A DNA stretch of 64,000 nt from a virus: IMG/VR virus record IMGVR_UViG_3300013014_000020, positions 1 through 64,000 of that record. One strand, written 5' to 3'. Every line of letters begins with the position of its first letter. Position 1 is the first letter of the stretch. A model generated the notes under the pieces. The model ran no database searches. It saw nothing but the letters and a program-made list of their open reading frames with translations, and had not been told where the DNA came from. Positions 7,145 through 15,005 of this stretch are shown here, one piece after another. A program made the position numbers and the translations under genes.

Positions 7145-9850
7145 TTAGATATCTATCTTAACTACGTATTGTTGGATGCCTTGTCTTAATGTTGGTGATT
7201 GTAACTTTGACATTACAAGAATATCCTTATTATCATCAAGTAATGCAATTTCAGTTACATATGATTTCGTACCTGGAGTCCAAGATGGATTTGTTGATAC
7301 CTGGAACTCACTAGAACTTAAATTTATTTTATATTTCATTTCATAAATTGTTGCCATTATGTCTGTTTCAAATGAACCATAGAAATAATATTCATCACCA
7401 AAATTTAATGATTGTCCTGTATATCCAACTGGTGTTAAGTTAACATAATCATTTAAATTGTAGAATGGTGCCGAATTGTAGTTGTCTGGAGAAATAATAA
7501 ACGTTGTTCCAGTTAATGAGCTTTGGGTTATAAAACCATCTATAAAACTATTTTGAATTTGTGTTGTAAAATCTATTTTTTTCCACATTGCAGGATTTGG
7601 TCTTTGTCCTGTTGGTACTTTTTGTACTAAAATTTCAAATTCGTCACCAAAAAAACCATTTGGTGTAATACAAGGTGAACAATTTGGTAAATAATTTGTT
7701 GTTGTAGTTGTTGTTATTGGAAATATGGTTGTTGTTGTCGTAGTACATCCACTACAACCATCAACCAAATCAATAATTAAATCACCTTTTGATTGGATAC
7801 CAGAACTTGAACAGACTACAGTTCCAGTATTTCCTGGTAATGTAAGCGGTGATGTTTTTGTTTCATCACAACAAGGTGTAAATATAATATTTGTACTTCC
7901 AGTAAGTTCTGTATTTGTAATTTGATATCTACCACAGAACGGATTAGTTGTTGTTGTCGTAGTAATAGGTTGCAAACTATATGGTTGTATTAAACAATTA
8001 AAATCACCACCAAATCTTACTGCAACATTTTTTGAAACGTCTGGGCTACACTCATTATTATTACCTTTAATCGACGAATAATAATTACAATGTAATGAAT
8101 TTGTAAAACAATAAGTGTTATTAATTCTATATGTCACAAATAAAGTTTGTGAATCACCAGTTAATATACCTTGTGATGATGTTGTTGTATCGCAAGTATT
8201 TGGTGTTATTAGAGAAACTTGTGGTGCCGGTAATGTCCAGTTTCTATTTGACTTATACGACATAGCCGCAATAATTTCTTCATCATCAATAATAACTAAC
8301 TTACTATCTGGAAAAACCTTACCAATCCTATTTGGTAATCCATCTGAATTAGGGTTTGTGTCCCACAAATGATAATATCTAATACCAGGTTGATTCATTC
8401 CTTCATTTTTTGTGGATTGAATGTAATATGGTGTAAACAACTCTTTACCATCAAATCCTGGAGGATCTACCCAGAAAGTTTGACCATTACAACAATTTGG
8501 GTTTTTATGCCACATTAACCAAGGAATATGTAGCTTAAAGTTTCTTGCTTGTCCAGTTGTATCATCTGGATTGGTTGGGTCATATGGTTCTAACGCAAAT
8601 TTTTCACCATAGAAGAAATCAATTGTTTGGTTTGTATAATGAATTATTGCGATTGCTTTTTGTTCTTCTGGTTTTACTGGAACAATTTCACCAAAAGAAT
8701 TATAATAAAAAGTATAACTTGTATCTGTTTGTCCTAAACTAGAATTATACCCAAAATATTCTTTACTACCAATATAATCTATTGATCCAAATTGTGTGTA
8801 GTCTTTAAATTGACTTGGGATCAAGCCTGCTGGGTTTTCGGTCCAAGGAATATTCATATTCCATACTTTAACATCAAATTGATCTGTATCACAAATAGAT
8901 TCAAAATCAATAACTTGTTCACTCCAATGTGGCATAGGTGTTATACTATCGTATAATTGTGTCATACTAGAAGGGTATATAATTACCCTAGAATAACAAT
9001 TTACAGGATAACAAGTATAATTTGGTATATTTCTATCAACAGTTATTGTGTCCAAACAAACATCAACAATTTTATATGTTAACATAATTGTGCAGCTCTG
9101 TACTGGCATAAAACATTCCGGTGCTGGAGGTAATGGGCATTGTGGACTAGGTGTTGGTGTTAAACACGGAGTCTTTGACGGTGTTGGGGTTGGTGTTGGT
9201 GATAAACAAGGTAGAATAGTTGTTGTTGTCGTTGTAGATGTTGTTGTCGTTGTTCCAGTAGGTGTTGGGGTTGGTGTTGGTAAATTTATACACAAACAAT
9301 TACAATCCGCTTGTCCATCATAAAAAATTGTTATAATATCACCAATTTGTGGTTTTACGGTGTTTGGTGTGTTACATCCAGAATAAATAAGTGTGATTTG
9401 GTTTGACCCGTCTAATGTTGACATATCAACAACATAATTACCGGTTAAAGCATATTGATTACCCGTCAAAACTTCCCAATTTACTGTAGATGCTGTTGTG
9501 ATTCCACCAAAAAATCCTCTTAATGGGGCTCGATTAAAAACTGGATCAATAATAGAATCCATAAATGGAATACCATAAGTGTTACTTTGGTTGGTATCGG
9601 CATAATAAGGATATTTAACATATTGTCTATTTGATTGTGGAACACCAACAGTATTTTGACTATTGAATCCAGGTTCTAACACAAAACTATTAGATTGGTT
9701 GTAGGTTTGGGGTAATTTATCATATGATACTTCACTATCTCCAACTTGGAAATAAGATATTTTGAAATTACCTTGTGATAATTTTTGTCGTCCTGCGTCT
9801 GTAATTCTTGTGTTTACTAGACCTGCGGTATTTTTAATTATGTATGCCAT
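7145..9850 (-). CDS. tail fibre/baseplate protein with split DUF3751-like termini and Thr/Pro-Thr tracts
   Basis: N-terminal ITDAGRQKL...YFQVGD and C-terminal VTEIALLDDNKDILVMSKL..P; interior Cys-rich modules and T/PT repeats. Confidence 0.65.
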   Translation of the reverse strand: MAYIIKNTAGLVNTRITDAGRQKLSQGNFKISYFQVGDSEVSYDKLPQTYNQSNSFVLEPGFNSQNTVGVPQSNRQYVKYPYYADTNQSNTYGIPFMDSIIDPVFNRAPLRGFFGGITTASTVNWEVLTGNQYALTGNYVVDMSTLDGSNQITLIYSGCNTPNTVKPQIGDIITIFYDGQADCNCLCINLPTPTPTPTGTTTTTSTTTTTTILPCLSPTPTPTPSKTPCLTPTPSPQCPLPPAPECFMPVQSCTIMLTYKIVDVCLDTITVDRNIPNYTCYPVNCYSRVIIYPSSMTQLYDSITPMPHWSEQVIDFESICDTDQFDVKVWNMNIPWTENPAGLIPSQFKDYTQFGSIDYIGSKEYFGYNSSLGQTDTSYTFYYNSFGEIVPVKPEEQKAIAIIHYTNQTIDFFYGEKFALEPYDPTNPDDTTGQARNFKLHIPWLMWHKNPNCCNGQTFWVDPPGFDGKELFTPYYIQSTKNEGMNQPGIRYYHLWDTNPNSDGLPNRIGKVFPDSKLVIIDDEEIIAAMSYKSNRNWTLPAPQVSLITPNTCDTTTSSQGILTGDSQTLFVTYRINNTYCFTNSLHCNYYSSIKGNNNECSPDVSKNVAVRFGGDFNCLIQPYSLQPITTTTTTNPFCGRYQITNTELTGSTNIIFTPCCDETKTSPLTLPGNTGTVVCSSSGIQSKGDLIIDLVDGCSGCTTTTTTIFPITTTTTTNYLPNCSPCITPNGFFGDEFEILVQKVPTGQRPNPAMWKKIDFTTQIQNSFIDGFITQSSLTGTTFIISPDNYNSAPFYNLNDYVNLTPVGYTGQSLNFGDEYYFYGSFETDIMATIYEMKYKINLSSSEFQVSTNPSWTPGTKSYVTEIALLDDNKDILVMSKLQSPTLRQGIQQYVVKIDI

Positions 9851-9868
9851 TATCCAATAAATATGCTT

Positions 9869-11947
9869 TTATATTTTTTGTGCTGCAATTTCAGCAGGTG
9901 GGTTTACAACTTGTACATCACAACATATACAATTATTGACTGTTGGGTTTCCAACAAGATATAAACTAAATGTTCTATTTGCGCCACGACATAAACCTAG
10001 TGGTAAATTATTTATAATATCAGTATACGAACCGGTTATTGTTTGTCCACCACTTATTGTTAATTGTTTTGTATAATTCTTTATTTGTTGATTCTGCGTT
10101 ATTGGAAGAACAGAGCAATTAAGACTCAAAACACTTTGACTATTATTTATAGACGGAATACCCATATCACCTAAACCACCGTCAAATGTAACAACATTAT
10201 CTAATGTTGGGGCTGGTGTAATGCTTGCTGGATAGTAATTAAGTTGAGAATATTGTTCGATAGAAAAAGTAATTGTCTGATTTGGTGTAAGATTATTAGA
10301 TGGTTGTATCTGGAATGTATTTAAATTATCGTCAATTGTTAATGTTAAAACAAAAGTTTGTGGATTTGTTTGTGTTAATGTAACAAAATTAGGTGTTGAT
10401 TGATTACCTAAACTATCTTTTACTACAACAATGTAGTTTCCAGCGTTTAAATTAGAGAATGTTGATAATGTACTAAAAGTTGTTCCGTTGTTTATTGAAT
10501 ATTGATACGGCGGAACGCCTCCATACCCCTGTATTGTTATACTACCTTTTGTTTCACAAATTAAATCGTTTTGTGTTATGTTTGCAGTAACTTCTTTATA
10601 ACTTACACAAGTGCCTGTTGTTACGGTAATGTCTATAATATTAGGGTTACCAAGTCCTTGCCAACCAATTAAAGGTGGTGTTGCTGGATTGTTATTTATA
10701 ATACTACCAAAAATTGAGCTTCCAGATACAACCCACTGATTTGTCGTTCCGGTATTAAAATACATAAACGATATGTTATCATCTGATAACCAACTTTGAT
10801 TACCGTTAGTTATACCATAGGGTTCAAACTGAATTTGATCTAAAATTACATATTCTACTCTTGTTCCACTTCTTCTTCTAATTGTCATACACAAATCACC
10901 ATATACTGGTAGTGGTTTTATTGTTGTGGTTGTTGTGGTTGTTGGTGTTTCAGCGGTTAAAACACAAGTTGTGTTGGTGGTAAAATCACCATAGAAATCA
11001 ATAACAGTTGCATTGTAATTTCCAGCGTTAAGATTATAAATTAATGGTGTAATACTTCCGGTACTCCAAATTATTGTATAGGGTGATGTTCCACCAGTTA
11101 TTATTAATGTTGCTGCACCATCAAATGAATTATAAGTTGATGGATGTGTTACTAAACACTCAACTTCCATCGGGAATATTGTTAAGACATCACATTCATT
11201 TCTTGGTTGTATTGTAATTGGTACAGAACAAGAACATCCTTCTTCTTGGTTAATTTCAAATCCATAAGTTTCAACACAGCTTTGTACTCCAATGTATTTT
11301 ACTTCGTAACATTTTTCTGGTATTGGTATAGGGTCTGTTATAGTGATTAATAATGAATTATTTACATATCCAGAAAAAATTGGATTTGCACTAGTGAATG
11401 TTGGCACAGTTCCATCACAAGAAGATATTTCATAACAATCTGTATCGCAAGGGTGGTTTTCAACGCAGCTTGGGCAACCTAAGTCACCAAAAACTTCTGG
11501 GTTTTTAAATATTGGATAATAATTTGGTTGTAAACCAAATTTTATTGTTTTTTTATCGTAAACATAAAAACATCCATCATATGTTTCACCGCTAGGTGAT
11601 GAAGGAACATAATTATCGCAGTACACAGAATCGTCAAGATTCAAATAATCATCATTTGCAAGAATTGTTATATATTGATTATCAATACAACAAGAACTTA
11701 AAAAATAAATTGAATTTGGTGTTACAAATGGGTCACGTTCAAAATTACTTGTGTTACCGGTTATTGGGAATAAAGAACAAAAATTTATTATAGCACTTTC
11801 TTGTGGTTCAAAACTATCAGAAACTGTATTTCCAGAACAATCAATAAACGTTAATGTTTCAGTTGTTGTTCCGGTATTAACAATACTAGTGACTTTACAA
11901 GTTGTAAAACAATTTAGAACTAATGGTGGGAATTGGATTTTAGCCAT
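9869..11947 (-). CDS. SprB-repeat-containing virion protein
   Basis: GGTSPYTIIWSTG...NLNAGNYNATVID and GGVPPYQYSING...NLNAGNYIVVVKDSLG repeats; Thr7 tract. Confidence 0.75.
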   Translation of the reverse strand: MAKIQFPPLVLNCFTTCKVTSIVNTGTTTETLTFIDCSGNTVSDSFEPQESAIINFCSLFPITGNTSNFERDPFVTPNSIYFLSSCCIDNQYITILANDDYLNLDDSVYCDNYVPSSPSGETYDGCFYVYDKKTIKFGLQPNYYPIFKNPEVFGDLGCPSCVENHPCDTDCYEISSCDGTVPTFTSANPIFSGYVNNSLLITITDPIPIPEKCYEVKYIGVQSCVETYGFEINQEEGCSCSVPITIQPRNECDVLTIFPMEVECLVTHPSTYNSFDGAATLIITGGTSPYTIIWSTGSITPLIYNLNAGNYNATVIDFYGDFTTNTTCVLTAETPTTTTTTTIKPLPVYGDLCMTIRRRSGTRVEYVILDQIQFEPYGITNGNQSWLSDDNISFMYFNTGTTNQWVVSGSSIFGSIINNNPATPPLIGWQGLGNPNIIDITVTTGTCVSYKEVTANITQNDLICETKGSITIQGYGGVPPYQYSINNGTTFSTLSTFSNLNAGNYIVVVKDSLGNQSTPNFVTLTQTNPQTFVLTLTIDDNLNTFQIQPSNNLTPNQTITFSIEQYSQLNYYPASITPAPTLDNVVTFDGGLGDMGIPSINNSQSVLSLNCSVLPITQNQQIKNYTKQLTISGGQTITGSYTDIINNLPLGLCRGANRTFSLYLVGNPTVNNCICCDVQVVNPPAEIAAQKI

Positions 11948-11959
11948 ACTAATAAATAA

Positions 11960-12940
11960 TTAGTTTTTTGTTTTTTCAATATAAGATTTCATAACCTCAA
12001 TATATTTTATTGTTGTGCTATTAGAATCTATATAATCGAAATGATTTTCATTTTCACGAAGTTTTTCTATTGGGTCAACATTTATGTAATCACCTTTATA
12101 AAATTTTGTAGATTTAAGGGTGTCGGTTACACCTGCCATATGAAGAATAGGCATTTTTTCATATTTTTCTACGTTATCTGTGGCCCAAGAAAAATCAAGT
12201 TCATTTGTAATTTCAGTTTTATAGTCAGATAACCATAAATTCCAAAGTAATGACCACATTTCTGCGGTCCAAAATTGTATTTGACCAGGATTGATTGGGA
12301 ATCTTCTTTGGTAGTCTAACATTTGATTATATAATGGTGTGCAGTCATCATAAACTTTTTTCCAAAACTCTGAATTTGTATTTTTTATAAGATATTGACC
12401 ACCACCAGAATTTTTTTGATTTTCTTTTATTATTTCCACATCAATACCAACAACACTTACCATTTCTTTTATTAATTGCCCTTTTTCTGAATTTGGGTGT
12501 CTAGTTTCGTAGTTATTACAACAATACATAATATAATCATAACCAATATATCCAATTGTGTCGGACAAGTAATTAATACCACCTTTAGCTAGTTTTTTGA
12601 AATCCGGTAGTGTTCTAAAAATTATATCTGCATCGTGTAGAAATATTTTTTTACCTAATTTTGGAAATTCCTTTAAAAATTGTGAAACAAGATATGGTTT
12701 TATGCTAGGGATATAGGATTTTACATCTCTATTATCTTCATAAAAATGAATATTTACACCTAGTTCTTTTAACTCTAAAGCACCTTTACTCGGTTCTTTA
12801 ATTCCGTGAACTAACGCTAATATTACGTGAATTTGATTTGGGTCAATTCCTTTTTCTATAAAATTGTGAACATAAAGTTTAATTTGCCAATGAAAATATG
12901 GAACATCAGGTTGTGCTGTAACAAATACAATATCTTTCAT
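11960..12940 (-). CDS. GT-A fold glycosyltransferase resembling peptidyl-Ser/Hyp O-glycosyltransferases (GT96/GT95-like)
   Basis: YFHWQ, YIPSIKP, LHDADIIFR (DxD), GGGQY, WTAEMW and ILHMAG motifs in order. Confidence 0.72.
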   Translation of the reverse strand: MKDIVFVTAQPDVPYFHWQIKLYVHNFIEKGIDPNQIHVILALVHGIKEPSKGALELKELGVNIHFYEDNRDVKSYIPSIKPYLVSQFLKEFPKLGKKIFLHDADIIFRTLPDFKKLAKGGINYLSDTIGYIGYDYIMYCCNNYETRHPNSEKGQLIKEMVSVVGIDVEIIKENQKNSGGGQYLIKNTNSEFWKKVYDDCTPLYNQMLDYQRRFPINPGQIQFWTAEMWSLLWNLWLSDYKTEITNELDFSWATDNVEKYEKMPILHMAGVTDTLKSTKFYKGDYINVDPIEKLRENENHFDYIDSNSTTIKYIEVMKSYIEKTKN

Positions 12941-12974
12941 ATTGAAAATATATTGTTAAATTTTTTAAAGTGAA

Positions 12975-14669
12975 CTAATTTACTTGGTTGATAGTAACAA
13001 TAAGAGATGGGATTGCGGGTACACTTCCAGTGGCTGGTTGGTGTTTTAATAACAATTGGTTATCTACATTACTATTTATTTCCCATTTTAATTCAACATA
13101 TTCATTTGGTGTTGTAGTACTAAAAAAGAAATTCCAAGCAGGAACAATATATATACTATTTGAAGGAAATCCAATCTGACTAGCACTATATAATACATCA
13201 AGACCGTTTTGATAAAGCCATATGTGTGCGTGTGTAGAACTATTACCACCAGTTTTTACCATTTGAGCACTAAATGCTAAATTATAAACACCAGGATTTT
13301 GTATTACAAATATTGTATTTGCACTTAAAATAATTCCAGTATTCCAAGAATCTGATGTGTTTGCCGACATAGTTAATACTGTATTAGCAAGACCTGTTTG
13401 GTCTCCAGTGTCATAAAAAGATGCGTAATTTTTATTTAAAGTACTTGTAATATCTCTTTGTTTAATAACACCAGTTGATACGTCTCTCACTAACATATTA
13501 TCATTTGTACTATCTGTCTCTGGTACATTTTGTAATGCCAAATAATTTACGTGGAAAGTACAAGCTGATACTGATATTACATCTTTACCATATGTTGCCG
13601 ACATTTCGTGATTAACGGTGTTTCCAGATCCACCTAAAATTGTTCCGTAATTAGAAATTGATGTATTATTTATACCACCTAATATTGATGAGATGTCTCC
13701 ACAAGCAGCATTAAATCTACCTCCACCAATGACAGATGTTGCACATATTGCCTTATTACCCCATCCACCACCTATTATACTATATGTTGAGCTTGTTGTG
13801 TTTGATCTACCTCCCGCAATTGTTGTTCTGAAACCTAATGCTGTGTTTTGACCACCACCACCAACAAAACTACAAAAAGATGTTGCTTTATTTTGTTCTC
13901 CACCCACAACAACAGAGTGTATTCCAGATGCTGTATTACACTGGCCACCACCAACAAAAGAATATAAATTAGACGCTGTATTTCCAGAACCGCCAATTAC
14001 CGTTGAGTAATTACAAATTGATTTGTTTATAGAGCCACCACCAACAAATGAATAATTACAACTTGCAGTATTTTGTAGTCCGCCGTTTACTGTTGATGAA
14101 CATCCGATTGACCTATTTTGACCACCACCAACTACTGTTGAATAGCTATTTGAGGCTGTATTACAAAAACCACCACCAACAAATGAATAATTTCCAGACG
14201 ATGTGTTTCCGGTTCCACCACCAACAAGTGAATAATCACCACTTGCATCAGCACTAACACCAATTCTTTGTGTTGAACCAACCCCAGAACCAACTTCATA
14301 TAATTGTGTAGAACCAGTCGTAAATCCAGTTATTGTTACTGAACCATTTTGTCTATCTAACACTAGTGTGCCACCAGAATATGTTCCTCCGGTAACATAA
14401 TAATCTGTAGAACCAGTCGTAAATCCAGTTATTGTTACTGAACCATTTTGTCTATCTAACACTAGTGTGCCACCAGAATATGTTCCTCCGGTAACATAAT
14501 AATCTGTAGAACCGGTAAATCCGAATAATATTGCATCAGATACTTGCTGTATTGTTGTTTTATATGATGAACCGGCTGGATTTTGTGATGTATCACCAGT
14601 TATTACAATATGAATTAAATCTTGTAATGTTACTCCGGTTGCTAATGTTCTGTCGGTAAGAAATGCCAT
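12975..14669 (-). CDS. tail fibre/adhesin with YadA-head-like 14-aa repeats and a C1q/BclA-like C-terminal domain
   Basis: About 16 repeats of S.(V/I)GGG..N.A; C-terminus with PGVYNLAFSAQ...IWLYQNG...YVEL.W. Confidence 0.75.
   Translation of the reverse strand: MAFLTDRTLATGVTLQDLIHIVITGDTSQNPAGSSYKTTIQQVSDAILFGFTGSTDYYVTGGTYSGGTLVLDRQNGSVTITGFTTGSTDYYVTGGTYSGGTLVLDRQNGSVTITGFTTGSTQLYEVGSGVGSTQRIGVSADASGDYSLVGGGTGNTSSGNYSFVGGGFCNTASNSYSTVVGGGQNRSIGCSSTVNGGLQNTASCNYSFVGGGSINKSICNYSTVIGGSGNTASNLYSFVGGGQCNTASGIHSVVVGGEQNKATSFCSFVGGGGQNTALGFRTTIAGGRSNTTSSTYSIIGGGWGNKAICATSVIGGGRFNAACGDISSILGGINNTSISNYGTILGGSGNTVNHEMSATYGKDVISVSACTFHVNYLALQNVPETDSTNDNMLVRDVSTGVIKQRDITSTLNKNYASFYDTGDQTGLANTVLTMSANTSDSWNTGIILSANTIFVIQNPGVYNLAFSAQMVKTGGNSSTHAHIWLYQNGLDVLYSASQIGFPSNSIYIVPAWNFFFSTTTPNEYVELKWEINSNVDNQLLLKHQPATGSVPAIPSLIVTINQVN
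14307..14513. repeat. perfect 99-bp in-frame tandem duplication (2 copies + 9 nt)
   Basis: Units at 14307 and 14406 are identical and encode TGSTDYYVTGGTYSGGTLVLDRQNGSVTITGFT. Confidence 0.95.
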
Positions 14670-14682
14670 CTATAGTTTTATT

Positions 14683-14690
14683 TATAAATA
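14683..14690 (-). promoter_or_regulatory. TATTTATA putative late promoter element
   Basis: Upstream of the fibre gene start at 14669. Confidence 0.55.
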
Positions 14691-14702
14691 CATTAAGTTT
14701 TA

Positions 14703-15005
14703 TTATTGGAACTGATAAATTTGATAATCCATAAAGAAGAAGTCGTCACCATCTTGATATTGTTTTTCAACTGGTTCCGTTTCAATACAAATAAGTGTTA
14801 TTAATCTTTCACAATTAGTAGAATCAATTAGTTTTAACCCAATTGCTGGTGCTGTATTAAATTGTGGTGGTAATGTTATTGTAACTGGTGTTGTTGTTAT
14901 TTCACCAATATAAACACATTGATTTCCATAAACATCACAAGCATAACCACTAAATGGTGGTAATAAACCAGTTATTGAATTTATTATTAAATTTGTCATA
15001 ATCAA
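14703..15005 (-). CDS. small virion-type protein, paralog of 5106..5327
   Basis: Same Cys and PF spacing as 5106..5327. Confidence 0.75.
   Translation of the reverse strand: MIMTNLIINSITGLLPPFSGYACDVYGNQCVYIGEITTTPVTITLPPQFNTAPAIGLKLIDSTNCERLITLICIETEPVEKQYQDGDDFFFMDYQIYQFQ

Noticed and set aside
14307-14513. 99-bp repeat as a CRISPR array or DGR template/variable repeat
   Set aside because: Adjacent, in-frame and identical copies, with no spacer, no adenine-specific differences and no reverse transcriptase in the window
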